A stretch of DNA of 32,000 bases from Fibrobacter succinogenes subsp. succinogenes S85 (GTDB taxonomy: Bacteria; Fibrobacterota; Fibrobacteria; Fibrobacterales; Fibrobacteraceae): the NCBI RefSeq assembly GCF_000146505.1, contig NC_017448.1, positions 2,670,001 through 2,702,000 on the forward strand, written 5' to 3'. This document shows, piece by piece, positions 1 to 7,675 of the stretch. The notes under the pieces are model-generated. The model saw only the letters and a list, made by a program, of their open reading frames with translations, did no database searches and had not been told where the DNA came from. Position numbers and translations under genes: made by a program. Numbering within the stretch: the first letter of the stretch is position 1; each line of letters starts with the position of its first letter.

Positions 1-1937
1 CGGACTACATCATTGTCCGCAAGTCCGATACGACGCTTCTGAACGAAGTCAACTACGCAATTCGCCAGATGAACGTGTTGGATCCGAACTGGATGAACCG
101 TCTGTACCGCAAGTACAACGGCGACGATGTCTTTGACCTGCTCTTGCTGAGTGAACGGGAGCGCCGCTTTTTACAGGGATTCTGGGGTCAGGACCGGATG
201 TTGAAAGTGACGGCCCGCAATGATAAGTTTCCGTTCGCCTACATGGATGGGGATGTCCCGAGAGGCATTTTGCTAGACCTCTTTGCAGAAATTGCACGCC
301 ACAACGGGCTGAAGTATGAATTTGTGACAACGTATAACGAGTCTCAGCCTTTGATTGTTTTGGATGCGCGCTATGGCATGGCCGGTGGCGATGAATCCTG
401 GATTTTTACACCGCCGTATTTCCGTGACCAGTTGCTAGATTCCAATGATAGCCTGCTTGTCGGGATGCATATCGCAGTACCGCGTAAATACCCGCGTGAG
501 TTGGCTTCTATCTTGTCGAAAGGCGTGATGATGCTTTCGCCCAAGTTAGTGCGTTCAAAAATCGTAAAATATGTCGGCTTCCGTATGCCGAATTATTCTA
601 GCGAGCTGTTGCACAAACAATCCCATATCGCTACTGTTTTTGGGAGCATCTTCATTGTCATCGGGATAATCCTGGCCGCATCCCTGGTGTGGCTTGCCTT
701 TAGGCGTAAACTCAAAAATCGTGAGGAGGAGCTCGATTACAAGTTACGCGAGGCGAATGCCTTTGCTGCCGAGGCGAAGGAGGCCAAATCTAAGTTTTTG
801 CTCAACATGAGCCACGATATCCGCACTCCGATGAATGCAATTATCGGCTATTCTGAACGTGCGGAACGACACCTCGACAGTACTGCCGACGTTCAGGATG
901 CGCTCAAGAAAATCCGCATATCGGGCGGCTATCTGCTCCAGCTGATCGAAGAAGTGCTGGACATGGCTAAAATTGAATCGGGCCAGGTGGTGCAGAAAAA
1001 GAGGATGGTGAATCTCCCTTCGTGCATGACGGAATTCTGCGAAACGTATCAGCCCATGATGAAGGTCAAGAACATCTCTTTTATTTGGGATACCTCGTCG
1101 GTCAAGAACAGGTTTGTCGTTGCGGACGTGAGCAACCTTCGTCAGGTCCTCTACAATATCATTTCAAATGCGCAGAAGTTCACCCCTTACGGTGGGCGTG
1201 TTGTGTTTACCATCGAGGAATTGCCCTGCCAGGTGGATGGCTATGCTGTCTTTGATTTTGAAGTCAGTGATAATGGACTTGGCATGTCCAAGGAATTTTT
1301 GGAACACATCTACGATGAGTTTGCGAGGGAACAGTCTTCTACCCAGAGCGGTGTGCAGGGGACAGGCCTTGGCATGTCTATCGTGAAGCGCCTTGTTGAC
1401 ATGATGGGGGCTGAAATTGATATCCAGAGCGAAATCGGCCTTGGAACGACTGTGCATGTGCGGACTCAGCTGAAAATAGCGACAGAAGAGGACGTGGCTC
1501 TAGAATCTGGTGAATCCTGTGCCGAAGCAGACCCGGCGCTGTTGAAGGGAAAGCGCGTGTTGCTTGTAGAAGATAACGAATTCAACAGGGAAGTCGCCCT
1601 GGACTTCTTGCAGGATGCCGAAATGGTTGTTGACATCGCCGAAAACGGATTGGTGGCGGTTACGAAAGTCCGTGAAAAGGGCGTAGATTACTATGACTGC
1701 ATTTTGATGGATGTCCAGATGCCTGTGATGGATGGTTACGAGGCGACTCGTGCTATCCGAAAGACCTATCCCCATGCGCACATCCCCATTATTGCGCTAT
1801 CGGCAAATGCGTTTGAAGAGGATCGGCAAAAGTCCCTTGCCGCCGGAATGGACGAACATCTGGCAAAACCGTTTGTCGTTGCAAAGGTCCTTTCCACAAT
1901 GTGTTCCTTAATGCAAAGAAAAGTTAACGTAAGTTGA
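1..1937 (+). CDS. hybrid sensor histidine kinase / response regulator (5' end outside window)
   Basis: The frame stays open back to the window edge (frame 3: DYIIVRKSDTTLLNEVNYAIRQMNVLD...), which looks like a periplasmic solute-binding-type sensor region. There is a TM segment (IATVFGSIFIVIGIILAASLVWLAF), a HisKA H-box (FLLNMSHDIRTPMNAIIGY), HATPase G-boxes (DNGLGM, GTGLGMSIV) and a C-terminal REC domain (VLLVEDNEFN...LMDVQMPVMDG...LAKP). Confidence 0.85.
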   Translation, partial: DYIIVRKSDTTLLNEVNYAIRQMNVLDPNWMNRLYRKYNGDDVFDLLLLSERERRFLQGFWGQDRMLKVTARNDKFPFAYMDGDVPRGILLDLFAEIARHNGLKYEFVTTYNESQPLIVLDARYGMAGGDESWIFTPPYFRDQLLDSNDSLLVGMHIAVPRKYPRELASILSKGVMMLSPKLVRSKIVKYVGFRMPNYSSELLHKQSHIATVFGSIFIVIGIILAASLVWLAFRRKLKNREEELDYKLREANAFAAEAKEAKSKFLLNMSHDIRTPMNAIIGYSERAERHLDSTADVQDALKKIRISGGYLLQLIEEVLDMAKIESGQVVQKKRMVNLPSCMTEFCETYQPMMKVKNISFIWDTSSVKNRFVVADVSNLRQVLYNIISNAQKFTPYGGRVVFTIEELPCQVDGYAVFDFEVSDNGLGMSKEFLEHIYDEFAREQSSTQSGVQGTGLGMSIVKRLVDMMGAEIDIQSEIGLGTTVHVRTQLKIATEEDVALESGESCAEADPALLKGKRVLLVEDNEFNREVALDFLQDAEMVVDIAENGLVAVTKVREKGVDYYDCILMDVQMPVMDGYEATRAIRKTYPHAHIPIIALSANAFEEDRQKSLAAGMDEHLAKPFVVAKVLSTMCSLMQRKVNVS

Positions 1938-2081
1938 TGCATAGGAACATTTTAAGAACACTTTTCGTGTGATTTTACGCATTATGTCAATCCTTTTACA
2001 AAAGAAGGGTTGATTTTTGATATGCTATCAAACTATCTTTTAGGTTGGATGGGTGAAATCTTTTTTTTAAAAGGAATTCAT

Positions 2082-4268
2082 ATGAAGAATTTGGCGAAAG
2101 TTATGTTTGGCGTTGCTGCAGTCGCTGCAGTAACGGCTTCTGCTGGGCAGTTCCCGTTCCCGCAGAACATGAAGTATCCGCATGGCAAGATCATTGAATA
2201 TGCCGATACGGATATGATCAAGGATCATTACAAGCTGTGGAAACAGGCTTGGTACCAGGCTAGCAATGGTTGGGTTTTGGCACCGGAAGGAACTTGCTCT
2301 ACCGTTTCTGAAGCTATTGCATACGGTATGTTGATTTCCGTGTACATGGACGATCAGGATGTTTTCAAGAAGCTTTATAACACCTGGACAAGCAACAGCG
2401 CTGGTGCCAATGGTGGTATGAACTGGCGTATCGGTTGCAGCGGTGGTACGGGTACCGCATCTGACGCTGACTTCGACGCCGCTCTTGCTCTCGTGATGGC
2501 TTCCAAGCAGTGGAATGATGCTTCTTACCTCTCTGCAGGCAAGTCCCTCATTTCTTGGATTGCTTCTAACGACATCGCTAGCAACAAGATTAAGCCGGGT
2601 AACCAGTGGAATGACGGTTTCAACCCGAGCTATGCAACGACCGCTAACTTCCAGCTCTTCCAGGACGTTGCCGGTGGTTCTTGGTCTAGTGTGATTTCCC
2701 AGGCTTATACGGACTTGAACGCTTGCCAGGATTCTAAGACTGGTCTTGTGCCGGACTGGTGCGACTGGAACTCTCACAAGCCGATTTTGACGTCTGCTGC
2801 CGTTTCTAACGACATCGGTTTCTACGATGACGCTGCCCGTACTCCGTGGCGTATGGCTATGGCTTACTACTGGTACGGTGATACCAAGGCTCAGGCTTTC
2901 AACAAGAAAGTTGTTAGCTGGCTCATCCCGGAAACCCGCACTGCTAGTGGCGTGAACTCCGGTTATAAGTACGAAGGTGGTGCTTATCATATCGATAACA
3001 GCGATATCCGCCGCTTCGTTTCTTCTACCTTCTCCGGCGGTCTCGGCCTTGCAACTTCCTCTATCGATAGCAAGGAAGCTGAAACCTACCTCGGTACCGT
3101 TTACAAGGTTCTCAAGGAAAAGAAGAGCTGCTCTACCGCTCAGGGTTGCGGCGAAGGCTCTGTTGAAGGTGAAAAGTACTATCCGGCTACTTTGAACATG
3201 ATTTACCTCCTCCTCGTGACGGGTAACATGCCGAACCTCTACAATACGACTGGTTTCACTCCGTTCACTCCGGATCCGTCTAAGGCTCCGTCTATCAGCG
3301 AAGGCGAAGGTACGCACTTGGAATTCGGTGATACGACTGTTTCTGTCTCTGGTCTCTGGAACTGGGGTGCATACCACGACAAGCTCGGTATCGGCACCAA
3401 GATGGTCCCGGATTCTGGCGCATCTCCGCTCTACAGACTTGATGATGGTTCTATCGTTGCTCGCGCTTCTATGGAAATCGGTCCGGAACCGGAATGGACT
3501 GAAGCAGCTGCTAAGGCTGGCACGCTCAAGTATCCGTCTGCTGGTATCGCTGTTTCCTTCAAGAAGGACGATTGCAAGAAAGACAAGAGCTGCGGTGTCA
3601 ACTTCAAGACTCTCGGCATCCAGTACATCCGCGTGACGGCTAAGACTTCTGGCCCGATCCGCATGGCTATCCTCAACACCATCACCGACGAAAACGAAGA
3701 AAAGAAAGTTGAAAACGCAGGTGCAGGTTCTGAACCGGGTATCTATGTTGACAACTCCGAAGAATTCAAGGCTGTGACCTATGACATGACTCCGTATGAA
3801 TACGGCTTCAAGGGCTTGGGTGATGGCAAGGAAATCAATATCCTTGACTGGGTTAGCAAGAATAACGCTCCGGAAGGCGGCGAAATCCTCACCTGCATCA
3901 AGGGCCTCAAGTGGGAAGTCAAGGATGCTAAGGGCGGTCTCGGTGAACTCACCATCAGCGCTGTCGAATTCCTCGATGCTTCCAAGCAGGCTGTCGATCC
4001 GGTCAAGCTCACCGGTATGGAAATCAAGGGACCGACCATTGGCCTCTACAAGGTTACCTTTGCTCCGAGCTTCAGCGTTCGTGCCGATGGCATGAAGCTC
4101 CAGATCAGCGGTGCTAAGGCTGGTAACGTGTTCATGGTCTACAACATGCAGGGCAAGGCAATTGCTGGTGGCATGCTCATGAACAGCAACCTCACGGTTA
4201 ACGTTCCGAGTGCTGGTTCCTACATCGTTCGCGTTGGTTCTGAAATGAACCGCGTCAACGTGAAGTAA
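2082..4268 (+). CDS. secreted glycoside hydrolase family 8 endoglucanase with extra C-terminal domains and a T9SS-like C-terminal tail
   Basis: ATG at 2082 gives a signal peptide (MKNLAKVMFGVAAVAAVTASAG); the 2010 start in the ORF track is a TTG extension. GH8 signatures are SEAIAYGMLISVY (catalytic Glu region) and ASDADFDAALALVMASKQW. The last ~70 aa (VFMVYNMQGKAIAGG...PSAGSYIVRVGSEMNRVNVK) resemble Por/T9SS C-terminal sorting domains. Confidence 0.85.
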   Translation: MKNLAKVMFGVAAVAAVTASAGQFPFPQNMKYPHGKIIEYADTDMIKDHYKLWKQAWYQASNGWVLAPEGTCSTVSEAIAYGMLISVYMDDQDVFKKLYNTWTSNSAGANGGMNWRIGCSGGTGTASDADFDAALALVMASKQWNDASYLSAGKSLISWIASNDIASNKIKPGNQWNDGFNPSYATTANFQLFQDVAGGSWSSVISQAYTDLNACQDSKTGLVPDWCDWNSHKPILTSAAVSNDIGFYDDAARTPWRMAMAYYWYGDTKAQAFNKKVVSWLIPETRTASGVNSGYKYEGGAYHIDNSDIRRFVSSTFSGGLGLATSSIDSKEAETYLGTVYKVLKEKKSCSTAQGCGEGSVEGEKYYPATLNMIYLLLVTGNMPNLYNTTGFTPFTPDPSKAPSISEGEGTHLEFGDTTVSVSGLWNWGAYHDKLGIGTKMVPDSGASPLYRLDDGSIVARASMEIGPEPEWTEAAAKAGTLKYPSAGIAVSFKKDDCKKDKSCGVNFKTLGIQYIRVTAKTSGPIRMAILNTITDENEEKKVENAGAGSEPGIYVDNSEEFKAVTYDMTPYEYGFKGLGDGKEINILDWVSKNNAPEGGEILTCIKGLKWEVKDAKGGLGELTISAVEFLDASKQAVDPVKLTGMEIKGPTIGLYKVTFAPSFSVRADGMKLQISGAKAGNVFMVYNMQGKAIAGGMLMNSNLTVNVPSAGSYIVRVGSEMNRVNVK

Positions 4269-4290
4269 TCCACGTACAAAACGAAATTGC

Positions 4291-4325
4291 AAAAAAGCCG
4301 AGGCGTAAAGCCCCGGCTTTTTTTG
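4291..4325 (+). terminator. intrinsic terminator after the GH8 gene (A-tract/T-tract flanked, possibly bidirectional)
   Basis: AGCCGAGG (4296-4303) pairs with CCCCGGCT (4311-4318) with one mismatch and a 7-nt loop. A T run follows at 4318-4324 and an A run precedes at 4291-4296. Confidence 0.7.
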
Positions 4326-4429
4326 TCGCTTTGTCTCGTAAATCTTTGGGCTTGTTGGCCCCGTGCTAGGTTAGCCTCTCTGCTTATTAGGCCCCGCGAA
4401 GGCGGGGCTTTCGTGTTGCGTTTAAGCGG

Positions 4430-5689
4430 TTACCTGCTGATCTTTTTAGTTAAGGGCGTGAGGCCCTTGGCCTCGGCGCGGATGAAGTAAACGCCCTTGG
4501 GATAGCTTTCTGGAACTTTGAAACCGTTTGCGTCACCAAGCTTTTTTCCCTTCAGGTCGAAAATAGTGAATTTGGTGTAGTCTTTTGCGTTCCGTTTTAT
4601 CTTTGGCGGGAGCCCGATTTCTTTTGACGTCTTGATGGTAAGGCTCTTGGACATGAATTCAATGATGTAGTGTCCATCGCTTTCTGGTGTCAGGACCTTG
4701 CCATCTTGCATAATCACGGCTTTGCTGTCAACACGGCTTGTGTCCAAGGCAACTCGCAGTGGAACGCTCTTGGGCATGTACTCGTGCGGGACTTTCCAGG
4801 TGACTTTGTAGCCGTCGTCAGTCTTGGTCATCAAAGCCTTGTCAAAGATGAAGTGGGCGCGCTGGTAGGCGCCTACAGTGCCGATCGGGGCTACCCATAG
4901 GCCGTTTTTGACCGCGCGCTCAAAAAGAGTCTTGATGTCGTCCGGATTGATGGCGTAATTGTCAATCATCCTTTCAGAAACGTCGTGCTGCAAAACAATG
5001 AGCCATGAACCGCCTGTTATTGGATGCTCCAGCGGAATTGAATTGTCGAACTTGCCGATGTATGCCGCTGTGTCTAGCGCGTTTAACATTTCGTTCACGG
5101 TGGCGCCTGAACGGGACCATATCTTGGCGGGCATGCTCATCCAATCCGGTTCTTCGTCCCAGAATGTTCGGGCGCCGTCATAGGTGCAGTCGCGGTTGAG
5201 CATGTGACGCTTATCGATAATGGTTTTGACATGGTCTCCGTTTTCGCAGAACGGGGTAGCAAACGATACGACCTTCACATCGGCGCCGTACTTTGCCATT
5301 GTCGCTTCGATAGTGTCTGCGAATTTCACAACATCTTCTTCAAGTTCTTCGTCTGTTTCGTCGGTTAAATGCCAGTGCGAAATGGTATGGTTGCCCATCT
5401 CGTGTCCGGCGTTGGCGAGAGCCGCAAAACCGGCCGCGTTATCTTTTAAGCGGTCTTGGAATGCGGTCAAGAAGAATGTGACATGGACATCGGGCATTGC
5501 ATCTAGCAATGGTTTCAGGTTCAATACCTGAGTTTCGAGAGCGTCGTCAAAGGTGAAACTCACGGCGCCGACGTGGCCGTTCCAGGGTACAGTTATTAAG
5601 GGGGCTGCCGTACTGATGCCTGCTAGCCCAAGAGCGATACCGCAGGATAATGCGGTAAACGTGGACCTATTTGAATGATTGCAGTTCAT
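4430..5689 (-). CDS. secreted polysaccharide deacetylase (NodB homology, CE4) with T9SS-like C-terminal tail
   Basis: Signal peptide (ALSCGIALGLAGISTAAP). CE4 motifs are FTFDDA and GNHTISHWH. The C-terminal tail (KFTIFDLKGKKLG...YPKGVYFIRAEAKG) follows the same pattern as the GH8 tail. Confidence 0.8.
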   Translation of the reverse strand: MNCNHSNRSTFTALSCGIALGLAGISTAAPLITVPWNGHVGAVSFTFDDALETQVLNLKPLLDAMPDVHVTFFLTAFQDRLKDNAAGFAALANAGHEMGNHTISHWHLTDETDEELEEDVVKFADTIEATMAKYGADVKVVSFATPFCENGDHVKTIIDKRHMLNRDCTYDGARTFWDEEPDWMSMPAKIWSRSGATVNEMLNALDTAAYIGKFDNSIPLEHPITGGSWLIVLQHDVSERMIDNYAINPDDIKTLFERAVKNGLWVAPIGTVGAYQRAHFIFDKALMTKTDDGYKVTWKVPHEYMPKSVPLRVALDTSRVDSKAVIMQDGKVLTPESDGHYIIEFMSKSLTIKTSKEIGLPPKIKRNAKDYTKFTIFDLKGKKLGDANGFKVPESYPKGVYFIRAEAKGLTPLTKKISR

Positions 5690-5794
5690 AGACTTCTTCC
5701 CCTTCAGCTATTAAAAATAATCACATATTTCTAAAAATATCATGGGCCAAATCGTCCTAATCGGAATAATGCACAATTCTTTGCCAGTCAATAG

Positions 5795-5819
5795 AAAAGG
5801 TCTCGGAAAATCCGAGACC
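5795..5819 (-). terminator. intrinsic terminator downstream of the MFS transporter gene
   Basis: GGTCTCGGA (5799-5807), AAA loop, TCCGAGACC (5811-5819). On the minus strand a T run follows (A run 5795-5798 on plus). Confidence 0.7.
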
Positions 5820-5851
5820 TTCGTTGGGTTGATTTATAGCAAATCTTGTGA

Positions 5852-7246
5852 TTACATGGCTTCGAGCTTCTTGCCCTTGGTTTCGTTCACCAGCTTGGCG
5901 ACTAACACAAAGCTTATTGCTGCGAAGGTCGTGTAAATCAAGTAGGTCGGGCCGATGCCGATGCCGTCCTTGCCGACGAGAACCGGGAAAGACCAGCTGA
6001 CCAAGAAGTTTGCACCCCACTGGGCAAGGCCGCATATTGCGATTGCCACGGCACGAATGCGGTTGTTGAACATTTCGCCAAGCATCACCCACATCACCGG
6101 GCCCCATGTTGCGGCAAAGAATGCCACGTAGAAGTTTGCAGCGAGGAGGGCGAAAATACCGCTATTGCCTGTGAGGTTACCGCTAGCGTCGGAACCGAAG
6201 AGGAAGCAGCACGCGAGAATGCCAAGCGTAACGGTCATGCCTGCAGAACCGATGAGCAAGAGCGGCTTACGACCAATCTTATCGATAAGGAGAATAGCAG
6301 CGATAGTCATGGTCAAGTTGATAGCACTGGAAATCACGCTCGTAAGGAATGCATCGCTTTCACCGAAACCGACACTCTGCCAAAGCATGGAACCATAGTA
6401 GAAGATCATGTTAATACCCACGAGCTGCTGGAGAATGGCGATACTGAGGCCAGCCCAGACAATCGGAGCGACGCGCTTTTTGCCAGCGACCGTTTCGAGG
6501 AGGTCAGAAAGCTTGGCCGGCTTGTGAGTCTTGAAGGAGTCTTCAATTTCCTGAGCCTTTTCCTTGATGCCGACGGATGCAATCATCGAAAGCACTTTCT
6601 GAGCTTCTTCCATGCGGCCCTTGCTCACGAGGAAACGCGGGGATTCCGGGAGCTGCCAGGCGGCGACACCGTAGAGGAAAGCCGGGATAGCTTCGACCCA
6701 GAACATCACCTTCCAGGATTCAATGCCCATAATCAAGTTGCTTGCGGAACCCGAAATGCGGACAATGATGTAGTTCGAAAGCAGCGCCACGAAGATACCG
6801 ATAACGATGGCGAACTGCTGCATGGAGCCTAGACGCCCACGCAAATGCGCCGGGGAGGTTTCGGCAATGTAAATCGGGGCGATGATAGATGCTACACCGA
6901 TACCCACACCGCCAATCACGCGCCAAGCAATGAAATCGTAGATGGTGAAGGGGAGGCCAGAACCGATTGCGCTGATAAAGAAAAGGACGGCGGCTGCAAG
7001 CATGCAACGCACACGTCCAAACTTATCTGCCAAGCGACCGGCGAAATATGCACCGATGGCAGCGCCAATCAATGCGAGAGAAACCGCAAGACCAAGCTGC
7101 ATGTCGTTACAATTGAAGTAACCTTTAAGTGCAACGTTGGCGCCGTTAATCACGGACGAGTCAAAACCGAATAGGAACCCTCCGATGGCGGCGGAAAGGG
7201 TTATCATGATGACATGTCCAACTTTGTAATTGTCTTCTACTGCCAT
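5852..7246 (-). CDS. MFS sugar porter family transporter (sugar:H+ symporter)
   Basis: 12-TM protein with sugar-porter motifs GRLADKFGRVR, PESPRFL and NETKGKKLE. The likely start is MAVEDNYKVG (ATG at 7246), which has an upstream AGAGG. The longer ORF to 7306 adds a non-conserved leader. Confidence 0.85.
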   Translation of the reverse strand: MAVEDNYKVGHVIMITLSAAIGGFLFGFDSSVINGANVALKGYFNCNDMQLGLAVSLALIGAAIGAYFAGRLADKFGRVRCMLAAAVLFFISAIGSGLPFTIYDFIAWRVIGGVGIGVASIIAPIYIAETSPAHLRGRLGSMQQFAIVIGIFVALLSNYIIVRISGSASNLIMGIESWKVMFWVEAIPAFLYGVAAWQLPESPRFLVSKGRMEEAQKVLSMIASVGIKEKAQEIEDSFKTHKPAKLSDLLETVAGKKRVAPIVWAGLSIAILQQLVGINMIFYYGSMLWQSVGFGESDAFLTSVISSAINLTMTIAAILLIDKIGRKPLLLIGSAGMTVTLGILACCFLFGSDASGNLTGNSGIFALLAANFYVAFFAATWGPVMWVMLGEMFNNRIRAVAIAICGLAQWGANFLVSWSFPVLVGKDGIGIGPTYLIYTTFAAISFVLVAKLVNETKGKKLEAM

Positions 7247-7308
7247 TTTCGTACCTCTGTTTTTTTTTTGATTTTCAAATGGATTAGCCGCTAATATAGC
7301 TATCAAGA

Positions 7309-7333
7309 AATTGTAAATTCAAGGTTTACAATT
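7309..7333. promoter_or_regulatory. perfect 9-bp inverted repeat AATTGTAAA-N7-TTTACAATT upstream of the sugar porter (candidate operator)
   Basis: Read directly at 7309-7317 and 7325-7333, about 65-85 nt upstream of the 7246 start on the minus strand. Confidence 0.4.
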
Positions 7334-7620
7334 AATCTCGATAGTCCAAAAAGGACTAACGTTTTTCTTACATAAGTCGAAAGTTGTGGCTTCACTGCTC
7401 CCGTCCTATTTAAAAATAGATATATATAATTTTCTTACAATGGGCGAATTTTTTGCAAAAAATGTGAATTTATTTTGGAATATAGGGAAGGTGGGAAGGG
7501 GGTGTTTTGGGCTGCTTTGGCGCGGTGGCGCATTGCCGTATTTTTCGCTATTTTCTAAATTTGCTCACGAAAATTTAAAGCCCGATAGTTGGTGCAAGAC
7601 TGCAACGAACTAGGCGAAAA

Positions 7621-7650
7621 TCTCTCGTCTCTCGTCTCTCGTCTCTCGTC
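7621..7650 (+). repeat. heptamer tandem repeat (TCTCTCG) x4 plus a partial unit in the ileS 5' leader
   Basis: Four exact units at 7621-7648 followed by TC. The repeat ends 26 nt before the ileS ATG. Confidence 0.9.
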
Positions 7651-7675
7651 TAGCTATCATATCAGAGGTCAAAAC

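Noticed and set aside
2010-2081. N-terminal extensions in the ORF track (GH8 from 2010, MFS to 7306, ileS from 7589, FISUMP from 11960, GIY-YIG from 12801, dapF from 15861).
   Set aside because: The checked extension starts are non-ATG codons (TTG at 2010, 11960 and 12801; GTG at 15861), and all add non-conserved residues. Internal ATGs with Shine-Dalgarno-like purine tracts give N-termini typical of each family; 12801 is kept as an alternative start.
4391-4408. The GCCCCGC-GAAG-GCGGGGC hairpin as the terminator of the minus-strand CE4 gene.
   Set aside because: The T-rich tail (TTTCGTGTT) is on the plus strand only, and on the minus strand the stem is followed by CTAATAAGC. It may be a second plus-strand terminator for GH8 or a stabilising hairpin, so I did not call it for CE4.
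7386-7613. Small ORFs in intergenic regions (7386-7613, 4287-4490, 5742-5936, 21803-22006).
   Set aside because: They span promoter or terminator sequence, have no RBS, have low-complexity translations and overlap better-supported features.
7621-7650. The heptamer and 14-mer tandem arrays as CRISPR-like arrays.
   Set aside because: The units are directly abutting with no spacers, are far too short, and no cas genes are nearby.
7500-7675. A T-box or other riboswitch leader upstream of ileS.
   Set aside because: I could not find a specifier-loop/T-box consensus (AAUUAGGGUGGNACCGCG-like) or an alternative terminator/antiterminator pair. Only the heptamer repeat stands out.
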